This document shows, piece by piece, positions 29,834-40,414 of a DNA stretch of 64,000 nt. Position 1 is the first letter of the stretch. Each line of letters begins with the position of its first letter. Where the stretch lies: the NCBI GenBank assembly GCA_046582655.1, contig JAYGDX010000185.1, forward strand, positions 32,001 to 96,000, written 5' to 3'. The DNA comes from Candidatus Poribacteria bacterium (GTDB taxonomy: Bacteria > Poribacteria > WGA-4E > UBA9662). The notes beneath the pieces were generated by a model. It saw only the letters and a program-made list of their open reading frames with translations, ran no database searches and was not told the origin of the DNA. The translations under genes were made by a program, and so were the position numbers.

Positions 29834-31354
29834 ATGAGATCTAGAGTTGTTTTTGTTGTTATTGGTATTTTATTAATTTATTCTCCATCCCTTTATTCGG
29901 TTGAGGAGGCAAGTGAAGGTCAACCTGCTCAAGATAGCCATGGAGCTGAACACCACGCTTCGGATGATGAACATCATGGTGTTGATGGATCTGCATTGCC
30001 GTTATGGATGGTCATTCCCTTTGTTGGAATTCTGCTTTCGATTGCGATTTTCCCACTGGTGGCCGAACACTTCTGGCATCATCACTACGGCAAAGTCTCA
30101 TTGGTTTGGGCCTTGATTTTCGGTATTCCTTATCTGATTGCCTTTAAAGGGAATGGGTTTTATGATATTTTACATATCTACCTGTTAGACTACATTCCGT
30201 TTATTGTTCTGTTGTGGGGGCTGTATGTTGTTTCCGGTGGGATTCTTGTTCGTGGAACACTGCGAGGAACACCAACCGTTAATACTTTAATTTTGCTTCT
30301 TGGAACTGCAATTGCTTCTTGGGTTGGTACGACTGGTGCCTCGATGTTGCTGATCCGTCCAATGATTCGTGCCAATGCGTATCGGCAAAACAAAGTGCAT
30401 CTGATCATCTTCTTCATTTTCCTGGTTAGTAATATCGGTGGATCACTGACGCCGCTCGGCGATCCACCATTATTCCTTGGTTTTCTTCATGGTGTACCTT
30501 TCTTCTGGACAATGAACATTCTGCCGCATATGGTATTTGTCAGTGTATTGATACTGATTGTATTCTTCTTATTTGATTCCGTGATGTTTAAACGAGAAGG
30601 CGGGTCAGTTCCTGACGATGGGACAAGCGAACCTTTGCGCCTGGATGGAGCCTTCAACCTAATTTTCCTCCTCGGTGTAATGGGTGCAGTTTTGATGAGT
30701 GGAATGTGGAAACCCAACAAAGATTTCAATATTTTTGGCGTCCACCTTCCATTGCAGAATCTAGCCCGTGAAGTGATGATCATCGCCTGTGGCCTGTTTT
30801 CATTGAGGTTCACCCCTGTCTCTGGTGAGCTTCGCCAAGCAAATAGCTTTACATGGTTTCCTATTGAAGAGGTTGGTAAGCTTTTTGCGGGTATTTTTAT
30901 AACAATCATTCCTGCCCTGAAGATTCTACAGGCAGGTGCTGACGGGGCTTTCAGCAGTTTGGTAGCCGTGGTTGAGCAACCAGTGCACTATTTTTGGATT
31001 ACGGGTGGGCTCTCAAGTTTTCTTGATAACGCACCCACCTATCTCACATTTTTTAATATGGGACTTGGTAAACTTCACATGAGTGAAGATATGTTGCCTG
31101 AAATCCTTGCTTCAGGTTTTGACCTATCCAAAGATCTCAAGTATCAGACTTTTGTCGATTATCTTACGGCTATATCATGTGGTGCTGTATTCATGGGAGC
31201 AAACACCTACATCGGTAATGCCCCCAATTTTATGGTTAAGGCTATTGCCGAGAGTCAGGATGTCCGTATGCCGAGTTTCTTCGGTTACATGCTATGGTCC
31301 GGCCTAATTTTAATTCCGATTTTCGTGATTGTTACATTCGTATTTTTCCTCTAG
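29834..31354 (+). CDS. IT-superfamily (NhaD/ArsB/CitMHS-like) putative Na+/H+ antiporter with signal peptide and His-rich N-terminus
   Basis: Polytopic protein with SNIGGSLTPLGDPPLFLGF, LSSFLDNAPTYL and GANTYIGNAPNFMVK, motifs recalled from CitMHS_2-type 'sodium:proton antiporter' proteins. Confidence 0.8.
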   Translation: MRSRVVFVVIGILLIYSPSLYSVEEASEGQPAQDSHGAEHHASDDEHHGVDGSALPLWMVIPFVGILLSIAIFPLVAEHFWHHHYGKVSLVWALIFGIPYLIAFKGNGFYDILHIYLLDYIPFIVLLWGLYVVSGGILVRGTLRGTPTVNTLILLLGTAIASWVGTTGASMLLIRPMIRANAYRQNKVHLIIFFIFLVSNIGGSLTPLGDPPLFLGFLHGVPFFWTMNILPHMVFVSVLILIVFFLFDSVMFKREGGSVPDDGTSEPLRLDGAFNLIFLLGVMGAVLMSGMWKPNKDFNIFGVHLPLQNLAREVMIIACGLFSLRFTPVSGELRQANSFTWFPIEEVGKLFAGIFITIIPALKILQAGADGAFSSLVAVVEQPVHYFWITGGLSSFLDNAPTYLTFFNMGLGKLHMSEDMLPEILASGFDLSKDLKYQTFVDYLTAISCGAVFMGANTYIGNAPNFMVKAIAESQDVRMPSFFGYMLWSGLILIPIFVIVTFVFFL

Positions 31355-31394
31355 TCTTAGATTGTGAAAGAGTGAAATACAATGGAGTTTATAG

Positions 31395-32846
31395 ATGGAA
31401 ATAAATTGGCAGCTGTTGATGCCATATCTGGTTATCATCGTAACCTTCATCGTTGTGTTGATATATGATATGATCGACAGCCTGTCGAAATGGGGACTGG
31501 CTTGGTTGACAATCCTTGGTTCTTTGGTTGCCTCTGTCGTATCGGTTAACATGCTAACCACTGGATTGGTTTCAACCACCGAGTTCTCCGGCATGATCAG
31601 GATTGATCAGTATTCTGTGTTCTTCAACTTGATCTTTTTTGTATCATTGATTTTGGTATCGCTCATTTCCATCAGTTACCTTGGAAGCCAAGACCCGCGT
31701 CAGGGACAATATTATTTGCTGATGCTTCTATCGACTTTTGGGATGATGTTGATGGCAGGAGCTAATGATCTTGTCATGGTTTTCTTAGGTTTGGAACTGA
31801 TGTCATTGCCCCTTTATGTGTTGGCGGGTTATTTCCGAACTAATTCGTACTCAAGCGAAGCTGGAATGAAGTATTTGCTACTGGGAGCGTTCTCCAGTTG
31901 CTTTTTTCTATATGGTATCGCCTTGATTTATGGAGGGACTGGAACTACTGAATTAACGGAAATTGCTTCCAGCCAGTTAACCAACAATATGCTGGTTGTT
32001 GTAGGCATGTTTTTGCTTATTGTTGGTTTCGGCTTCAAAGTCGGTCTGGTTCCGTTTCATCAGTGGGCACCGGATGTCTATGATGGCGCACCAACATCAG
32101 TGGCAGCATTTATCGCCACCGGCCCTAAAGCTGCCGGATTTGCTGCTTTTTTCCGGGTTTTCATTGAATCGTTCAGTGGCTTGGAGAATGAGTGGACTAT
32201 CGCGATTACTATATTAGCCGTTTTAACAATGACGGTTGGGAATTTGGCTGCCATTGCTCAGCGTAATATCAAGCGTATGCTCGCCTATTCCAGCATCGCT
32301 CATGCTGGTTATGTTCTGGTAGCTTTAGCCGCGGGCAGTCAGGATGGAACTTCAAGTGCAATGTTTTATCTATTGGTTTATTGCATCATGAATGTGGGAG
32401 CTTTCGGGGCTATTATCCTGGCAAGGACGGATGATGGGGACACTGTTGAAATTGCTGATTACGCTGGACTTGGTTTCCGAAATCCGGTTCTTGCCATATT
32501 TATGTCGGTTATGATGTTTTCATTAGCTGGGTTTCCTCCAACGGCGGGTTTTGTCAGTAAGTTTTATGTCTTCCGGTCAGCCGTTGAATCGGGCAAAACT
32601 TGGCTGGTGATCATAGCTGCCATCAATACCGCTGTATCCGCCTACTACTATCTGCGTGTTGTGGTGACTCTGTATATGAAAGAACGAAGGGTTGAATTAA
32701 AAGTGCTTCCATATCCTGGGCATCTTGTTATCGCTTTGATAGTTGCTACAGCAGGTGTTTTATTAGTTGGGGTATTGCCTTCGCAGATTTTGAACCCGGT
32801 ACAAGAAGCAATCAAAAGTAGTATGATGCTTTCGGCAATGAGGTGA
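31395..32846 (+). CDS. nuoN: NADH-quinone oxidoreductase subunit N
   Basis: LELMSLPLYVL, EAGMKY, FKVGLVPFHQWAPDVYDGAP, KRMLAYSSIAH and AYYYLR. Confidence 0.96.
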   Translation: MEINWQLLMPYLVIIVTFIVVLIYDMIDSLSKWGLAWLTILGSLVASVVSVNMLTTGLVSTTEFSGMIRIDQYSVFFNLIFFVSLILVSLISISYLGSQDPRQGQYYLLMLLSTFGMMLMAGANDLVMVFLGLELMSLPLYVLAGYFRTNSYSSEAGMKYLLLGAFSSCFFLYGIALIYGGTGTTELTEIASSQLTNNMLVVVGMFLLIVGFGFKVGLVPFHQWAPDVYDGAPTSVAAFIATGPKAAGFAAFFRVFIESFSGLENEWTIAITILAVLTMTVGNLAAIAQRNIKRMLAYSSIAHAGYVLVALAAGSQDGTSSAMFYLLVYCIMNVGAFGAIILARTDDGDTVEIADYAGLGFRNPVLAIFMSVMMFSLAGFPPTAGFVSKFYVFRSAVESGKTWLVIIAAINTAVSAYYYLRVVVTLYMKERRVELKVLPYPGHLVIALIVATAGVLLVGVLPSQILNPVQEAIKSSMMLSAMR

Positions 32847-32853
32847 CGGCAAG

Positions 32854-33183
32854 ATGGATGATGCAAGACCACCTAGCAGAAACCAAGAATCAACGGTCAG
32901 AGAGAAACATCGCTATTCAATTGGCACACGTCAGTCTGCGCTGGCTAGCGTTGGGGATCTCAGTGCAATTGGGTTGACGCTTGTTCTGGCAATCGTGATA
33001 GGGGTTTTTGCGGGAAAGTGGCTTGGCAGTAAGTTTGGTAATCAGGAACTCGGATTGATAATTGGTTTTTTGTTAGGCACGGCTGCAGGGTTTATCCAGA
33101 TGTACAAGTCCATTTCCCGTTGGAATCAACGTGTTGAACAACAAAAGGAACTTGAACAAAAAAGCAAAATCAATCCAGATTAA
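32854..33183 (+). CDS. atpZ: AtpZ/AtpI-family small membrane protein (ATP synthase gene 1)
   Basis: Two TM helices with a G-rich pattern; first gene of the atp operon. Confidence 0.75.
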   Translation: MDDARPPSRNQESTVREKHRYSIGTRQSALASVGDLSAIGLTLVLAIVIGVFAGKWLGSKFGNQELGLIIGFLLGTAAGFIQMYKSISRWNQRVEQQKELEQKSKINPD

Positions 33184-33196
33184 AAAATGATCCAAC

Positions 33197-33616
33197 ATGC
33201 CTAAGCAATCCTCTTTTGAGGTTGACGGTCAGTTTCTCAGACAGGTATACTATCTGACTGTGATTCTGGCGGTAGTTTTGACCGCTTTGTTCGGGATAAT
33301 TTATGGCTTTCCTACTGCACTCAGTTTTGTGGTCGGGAGCTTTTTAAGTTTAGGTGCGGTCTTAGTACTAGAATTCGTTGTTCGTCTTATGGTCAAGCCT
33401 GGGAGTTCCACCAAGACGAAGAGGTGGCTTGGCTTGATTGCGCTGGGAAAATACACGTTTATTTTCGTTGGGTTTTATTTCCTGATGAAGGCCGATTGGC
33501 TTAATATTTATTCATTGGCTGTAGGTGTTGGGTTGGTTCAGGTTGTTGTTATCCTCAAAGCAATTAAGCTGATGGTGCTGATTCTGCTAGGCAACAATAC
33601 AAGCAAAAACAGTTGA
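33197..33616 (+). CDS. atpI: ATP synthase protein I
   Basis: Four TM helices, directly upstream of atpB. Confidence 0.75.
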   Translation: MPKQSSFEVDGQFLRQVYYLTVILAVVLTALFGIIYGFPTALSFVVGSFLSLGAVLVLEFVVRLMVKPGSSTKTKRWLGLIALGKYTFIFVGFYFLMKADWLNIYSLAVGVGLVQVVVILKAIKLMVLILLGNNTSKNS

Positions 33617-34440
33617 TGAAAATAAAAAAGGCTCCTTATATATCGCTATTACTTGCTGTTTCCTTTTTTTCTGCAGTTGCAATCCGTCCTGTATCTGCTT
33701 CAGAAGATTCGCATCGTACTTGGTTAAAACCCATTTCAGATCTTCCCTTACTCAAAGCGCTTCAATCTAACGTTTGGCACCAACCGGACCTGATCCCCAA
33801 CACCTATTTCGTCGTACTGATTCTTGTCGTGCTTTTCAGCTTGACAACGCGAAACCTAAAACGCTTACCCGACAGTAAAAGACAAGCATTTCTTGAGCTC
33901 TTTACAGCTGGCATAACTAATTTCTTCGGTAACATTCTGGGTGATCATGGCAAAAAATATGTATGGTTTCCTGGCTCATTTTTTGTTTTTATTCTATCTT
34001 TGAATTATCTTGGTCTTATTCCTGGCCTTCAATCGCCGACTGCTGATTTAAACACAACCCTTGCTTTGGGCATAACAGCCTTGATTGGTGTTCATATTAT
34101 TGCAATTAAAGAGAATGGAATCCCTGGTTACTTGAAACATTTTATTGGGGATCCCTGGTGGTTGGGACCGTTGATGTTTCCTTTGCATATCGTGGGTGAA
34201 TTGGCACGTGCTGGTTCACTGGCAATTCGGCTTTTTGGAAACATTTATGGTGAGGAAATGGTCATTTTTCAACTGACATTGTTAGGCCTTGGAATTTGGT
34301 TTCCAGTTCAATTTCCGATGTTGTTTTTTGGATTGTTTGGTGGTTTTCTACAGGCCTTCGTTTTTTCGATTTTGACGTCAATCTACATTGTTACGTTTTT
34401 AGAGCACGGTGATGATCACGGTGCCGAAGCACATCACTAA
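33613..34440 (+). CDS. atpB: F0F1 ATP synthase subunit a
   Basis: PTADLNTT, SLAIRLFGNI and LQAFVF. Confidence 0.95.
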   Translation: MMKIKKAPYISLLLAVSFFSAVAIRPVSASEDSHRTWLKPISDLPLLKALQSNVWHQPDLIPNTYFVVLILVVLFSLTTRNLKRLPDSKRQAFLELFTAGITNFFGNILGDHGKKYVWFPGSFFVFILSLNYLGLIPGLQSPTADLNTTLALGITALIGVHIIAIKENGIPGYLKHFIGDPWWLGPLMFPLHIVGELARAGSLAIRLFGNIYGEEMVIFQLTLLGLGIWFPVQFPMLFFGLFGGFLQAFVFSILTSIYIVTFLEHGDDHGAEAHH

Positions 34441-34499
34441 GTTGTGGTTGTGTCAATATTTTTACTGTTTTAAACATAATTTTCTAGGAGGGAATATTT

Positions 34500-34805
34500 A
34501 TGATTTATCTTGCGGTTTTGGCTTTTGGTGTTACGCTTGGTTTGCCGATTGCTGTGACGTTTGCTTCGACTGCACAAGGGAAAGCAACGAGCACTGCCCT
34601 TGAGGGAATCGCTCGGCAGCCGGAAGCAACTGGGCAAATTCAAACAGCTATGATTATTGGTTTGGCACTGATTGAATCACTAGTCATATACTCGTTATTG
34701 ATGTTCTTTTTGTTGATGGGGAAACTCCCGAGTAACATGAGTGAGGTGGAAACGCTGATTAAGGCTGAGGCCTCAGCGCAAACACACGAAACACACGAGA
34801 ATTAG
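34500..34805 (+). CDS. atpE: F0F1 ATP synthase subunit c
   Basis: ARQPEA loop and ALIESLVIY; GGAGG RBS. Confidence 0.95.
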   Translation: MIYLAVLAFGVTLGLPIAVTFASTAQGKATSTALEGIARQPEATGQIQTAMIIGLALIESLVIYSLLMFFLLMGKLPSNMSEVETLIKAEASAQTHETHEN

Positions 34806-34863
34806 GTAACAAAACTAGAATCCAGAAAATTAAGGGGCGTGTAATATACGTTCGTTATTGCAT

Positions 34864-35478
34864 ATGAGGATATATTTGAGTTTAACATCTGTTCTATGCA
34901 TAGCGGTTATGGTGCTTACGCCAGTCATGGCGCTTACCGCAGATGAAGTCGAAACGGATCATGGCAGTCCAGATCATACCGATGGTGGGCTTTTGGAAGC
35001 AATGGGATTGAAACCGAAGCTAATTTTTATTCAGGTGTTAGGTTTTCTCATTGTTTTGTTGGTTCTTAACAAATTTGTTTTCGGCAAAGTTGGCGGCATA
35101 CTTACTGATCGACAGAATGAAATTGTTTCGCGGATGAACAAACTTGAAAGTGATCAGGCTGAACTTGATCGTTTAACGACCGAAACAACGCAACGACTTA
35201 ATCAGATCGAAGCCGAAGCACAACAAAAAATTCGATCTGCTATAGATCAAGGTAATGAAGAGCGTCAGCAGATACTTGAAACCGCTCGGCAAGATGCTGC
35301 CAACAAAATCGACCAAGCCCGTGTTGAAATCCAGCGTGAGAAAGAAGAAGCAATTCTAGAACTGCGTGGCATTGTGTCTGAGATTGCTATTGATGCTGCC
35401 AGCAAAATTATTGATCAACAACTAGATGCTGAAGCACATCGGCATATTGTGGATGAGTACATTGGTCAACTTCCATAG
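34864..35478 (+). CDS. atpF: F0F1 ATP synthase subunit b
   Basis: TM helix followed by a long coiled coil; canonical operon position. Confidence 0.9.
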   Translation: MRIYLSLTSVLCIAVMVLTPVMALTADEVETDHGSPDHTDGGLLEAMGLKPKLIFIQVLGFLIVLLVLNKFVFGKVGGILTDRQNEIVSRMNKLESDQAELDRLTTETTQRLNQIEAEAQQKIRSAIDQGNEERQQILETARQDAANKIDQARVEIQREKEEAILELRGIVSEIAIDAASKIIDQQLDAEAHRHIVDEYIGQLP

Positions 35479-35532
35479 GATAATGTAAGTTAGGTAGATC
35501 AGTATCAAATTCACGTAGTCATAGGGAACTAA

Positions 35533-36072
35533 ATGCGGGATATTCGGGTAGCCAAACGTTACGCCGATGCTATTTATAGCGCAGCAGCTGAAGTAGGTGT
35601 TTTAGATAATGTAATTGAGGATGTAATCAGTCTGCTGGATTTAATTAGGGACTCCGATGGCTTCGATGCTTTCCTGCACGATCTATTGATCGCACCTGAA
35701 ACCAAACAGTCAATTCTGCAAGAATTATTAGGTGATCACCTTGACCCGCTTCTGCTAAATTCCTTGTTCCTTCTGGTATTGAAGCATCGTGAACGGTCAA
35801 CTGAAGATATCTTATCAGCATTCCTACAACTTGTGGATGAACAAGCTGGGAGGTTGGTTGCAGATGTTACTTCTGCAATTGAGTTAACGGATAAACAGCA
35901 AGATGCATTGGTTGAGAAACTTAATGGTTATTCAGGGAAACAGGTTAGATTGAATATGCAAATTGATTCATCAATCAAAGGGGGTTTTATCGCTAAGTTG
36001 GAGGACACTGTTTTTGATGGAAGTGTAGCAACACAATTGCAACGGCTGAAAAAACAGCTGGCTAGAGGATAA
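35533..36072 (+). CDS. atpH: F1 delta subunit
   Basis: [16 protein letters not shown] and VFDGSV. Confidence 0.93.
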   Translation: MRDIRVAKRYADAIYSAAAEVGVLDNVIEDVISLLDLIRDSDGFDAFLHDLLIAPETKQSILQELLGDHLDPLLLNSLFLLVLKHRERSTEDILSAFLQLVDEQAGRLVADVTSAIELTDKQQDALVEKLNGYSGKQVRLNMQIDSSIKGGFIAKLEDTVFDGSVATQLQRLKKQLARG

Positions 36073-36080
36073 GAAACTTT

Positions 36081-37616
36081 ATGGCAAAAGATATCAGACC
36101 TGATGAGATCTCAAGTATCCTGAAGCAACAACTTTTACAATACAGTCGTGATGTAGACGTTTATGACATGGGAACGGTACTGCAAGTTGGAGATGGAATT
36201 GCGAGAGTACATGGATTAGCAAATGCTATGGCGGGTGAGCGTATAGAATTCCCGAATGATGTGTTTGGTATGGTTTTCAATCTGGAAGAGGATAACGTTG
36301 GTTGTGTCCTTTTTGGGGAAGACAAGCTTATTCATGAAGGAGATACTGTCAAGCGAACCAATTCTCTTTTAGAAGTTCCTGTTGGAGACGAGATGCTTGG
36401 ACGTGTTGTCAACGCACTTGGTGAGCCCCTTGATGGAAAAGGCCCAATTGAGACTTCCCAAACTCTCCCCGTTGAACGAAAAGGTTTGGGAATTGTTCAG
36501 CGGCAACCTGTGTCTGAACCTTTGTTTACTGGTATAAAAGCAATCGACAGTATGATACCGGTTGGGCGAGGACAGCGGGAGTTAATTATCGGTGACCGGC
36601 AGACGGGGAAAACTGCGATTGCCATTGACACCATTATCAACCAGAAGGATTCCGGGGTAAAGTGTATTTATGTTGCTGTGGGCCAGAAAGGATCAACGGT
36701 TGCCCAGATTGTTAACACTCTTGAAGATCATGGCGCTTTGGAATATACGATTGTTGTTTCCGCGACAGCAAGTGATGCCTCACCACTTCAATATCTTGCA
36801 CCTTATACAGGGACGTCAATGGGGGAATATTTCCGTGACCAAAGTGGACACGCATTAATAATCTACGATGATCTGACCAAGCACGCTTGGGCTTATCGGC
36901 AAATGTCGTTGTTGTTACGTCGGCCGCCGGGTCGTGAAGCTTATCCGGGTGATGTTTTCTATCTGCATTCTCGCTTACTTGAGAGAGCGGCGAAGTTAAG
37001 TGATAAGTTGGGTGCGGGATCGTTGACAGCGCTTCCGATTATTGAAATTCACGAAGGTGATTTAACAACCTACATACCGACGAATGTTATTTCAATTACG
37101 GATGGTCAAATATACCTGACGGCAGATCTGTTTAATGCTGGAATCCGTCCTGCAATTAATGCTGGTGTTTCCGTTTCACGTGTGGGAGGAGATGCGCAGA
37201 TAAAAGCGATGAAAGCAGATGAAGTGGCTAAAACTATGCGGCTGGATTTAGCACGTTACCGTGATGTGGCGGCGTTTGCCCAATTCGGTTCCGACCTTGA
37301 TGCCTCAACGCAACAACAACTTCGTCGTGGAGATCGCTTAGTTGAGCTATTAAAGCAGCCACAATACGAACCAATGTCAGTGGAAAGGCAAATTGCATCG
37401 ATTTTCTGTGGCTCCAACGGGTACCTAGATGATCTGGATCTACATGATCTGGCACGGTTCGAATCAGAATTCTTGATCTACATGGATCAGAATCATAACG
37501 ATATATTGGAAGAGATTGCTGAAACTGGTGATTTGAGCGATGAGTTGGTTGAACGATTACACACAGCCGCAAAAAATTTCAGAAATATCTTTGAGCCAAC
37601 TGAGTCCAACGCGTAA
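36081..37616 (+). CDS. atpA: F1 alpha subunit
   Basis: GDRQTGKT and [22 protein letters not shown]. Confidence 0.98.
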   Translation: MAKDIRPDEISSILKQQLLQYSRDVDVYDMGTVLQVGDGIARVHGLANAMAGERIEFPNDVFGMVFNLEEDNVGCVLFGEDKLIHEGDTVKRTNSLLEVPVGDEMLGRVVNALGEPLDGKGPIETSQTLPVERKGLGIVQRQPVSEPLFTGIKAIDSMIPVGRGQRELIIGDRQTGKTAIAIDTIINQKDSGVKCIYVAVGQKGSTVAQIVNTLEDHGALEYTIVVSATASDASPLQYLAPYTGTSMGEYFRDQSGHALIIYDDLTKHAWAYRQMSLLLRRPPGREAYPGDVFYLHSRLLERAAKLSDKLGAGSLTALPIIEIHEGDLTTYIPTNVISITDGQIYLTADLFNAGIRPAINAGVSVSRVGGDAQIKAMKADEVAKTMRLDLARYRDVAAFAQFGSDLDASTQQQLRRGDRLVELLKQPQYEPMSVERQIASIFCGSNGYLDDLDLHDLARFESEFLIYMDQNHNDILEEIAETGDLSDELVERLHTAAKNFRNIFEPTESNA

Positions 37617-37627
37617 ACTGGAAATTA

Positions 37628-38497
37628 ATGGCTACACTTCGGGAAATTAGACGTCGGATTGCTAGTGTTACCAAAATTTCGCAGGTAACCGATGCGATGC
37701 GAATGGTTGCTACCGCCAAACTTCGGCGGGCGCAGGAAGCTATTGAGGCAAATAGACCGTATGCGGAGAAGTTTGATCTGTTGCTTGGCCATTTACTTGC
37801 CCAGATAGATATAGATGAAGTGCCTCATCTGTTTCTTGTTCCCCATGAAATGAAATCTGTTTGTTTGGTTGCTGTTTCCAGCGACCGAGGGCTTTGTGGA
37901 GGTTTTAACGCCAACATTGTCAAAGCCTCGAACAAACGAATTGGTTTCTACACAAATCAGGGGTTTGACGTCAGCTTAATTTGTGTCGGTCGTCGAGTAG
38001 CCGATTCTTTTAGAAAGCGTGAACATAGGGTAATTGCTGAATATTCGAATGCATTTCAGACTTTACGTTTTGAGACAGCTATTGATATTGTTAGCAAGTT
38101 TGATGAGCTTTATCTTGAAAAACAAATTGATAAAGTTGAGGTGATTTATAACAATTTTAGATCTGCAATAACACAAAATGTGTTAGTTGAGCAGTTGTTG
38201 CCGCTCACCCCTAATCCTCCCACTGGTGACGACCTGTTTTGGGATTACCTTTACGAACCTACGCAGTCCGAGATTTTTGAACGGGTTTTGTCGAAACATC
38301 TAAACATTCAAACTTGGAAGGTTTTACTGGATTCTCATGCTGCGGAACACGCAGCACGGATGACTGCAATGGAAAACGCTACGAGTAATGCAAAAGAGAT
38401 TATTGATGAGCTTATACTGCAACGTAACCGCGCGCGCCAAGCCATAATTACAAAAGAAATCTCCGAAATCGTGGGTGGAGCAGAAGCACTAGGTTAA
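37628..38497 (+). CDS. atpG: F1 gamma subunit
   Basis: SDRGLCGGFN, ARMTAM and RARQAIITKEISEIVGGA. Confidence 0.97.
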   Translation: MATLREIRRRIASVTKISQVTDAMRMVATAKLRRAQEAIEANRPYAEKFDLLLGHLLAQIDIDEVPHLFLVPHEMKSVCLVAVSSDRGLCGGFNANIVKASNKRIGFYTNQGFDVSLICVGRRVADSFRKREHRVIAEYSNAFQTLRFETAIDIVSKFDELYLEKQIDKVEVIYNNFRSAITQNVLVEQLLPLTPNPPTGDDLFWDYLYEPTQSEIFERVLSKHLNIQTWKVLLDSHAAEHAARMTAMENATSNAKEIIDELILQRNRARQAIITKEISEIVGGAEALG

Positions 38498-38510
38498 TTT
38501 GAAAGGATAG

Positions 38511-39914
<1,404 letters not shown>

Positions 39915-39920
39915 TATCTT

Positions 39921-40331
39921 ATGTTAGATCGACAATTTAGTGTTGAAATACGAACCCCCGAAAAACTAGTCTATCAGGGAGAAGTTAAGAGCATCCATGC
40001 CTCAGGTACGAATGGGGCTTTTCAGGTTCTAACCGGTCATATTCCTTTTTTGACAACGATTGAATCTGGGGAGCTGATTGTAGAAGACCATCATGGGATT
40101 CGTTCAATGGTGACTAGTAGTGGGGTTTTCGAAGTCTTGCGAGATGGCGTTACTGTACTTGTTGAATCAGCTGAATGGTCTAATGAAATTGATACTCAGC
40201 GGGCCGAAGAAGCTTTACAGCGTGCGAGAGAGCAGTTAGCCTCCCAACTTCCTGACATGGACTATATTTTCGTAGAGCTTGCTTTAGCCCGTGCTGTTGC
40301 TCGTTTGAAAGTTGCAAAGTCTTCTCGGTAA
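39921..40331 (+). CDS. atpC: F1 epsilon subunit
   Basis: TPEK, GHIPF and ALARAVARL. Confidence 0.93.
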   Translation: MLDRQFSVEIRTPEKLVYQGEVKSIHASGTNGAFQVLTGHIPFLTTIESGELIVEDHHGIRSMVTSSGVFEVLRDGVTVLVESAEWSNEIDTQRAEEALQRAREQLASQLPDMDYIFVELALARAVARLKVAKSSR

Positions 40332-40346
40332 CGTCTAGTTAATTTA

Positions 40347-40398
40347 TTAAAAGGGGAGGATAGCTGAGAGAATTCTTTCAGTTGTTTTCCCCCTTTAA
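40347..40398 (+). terminator. Long RNA hairpin (24-bp stem) after atpC
   Basis: ttaaaaggggaggatagctgagag-aatt-ctttcagttgttttccccctttaa. It pairs throughout on the + strand with five G-U wobbles and one mismatch. Confidence 0.7.
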
Positions 40399-40414
40399 CG
40401 TCAAAGTGTTCAGA

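Noticed and set aside
29834..31354. A second nuoM (2M-type complex I)
   Set aside because: It lacks NuoL/M/N (Mrp-type) motifs and has IT-superfamily motifs instead. NuoL shows no evident lateral-helix extension.
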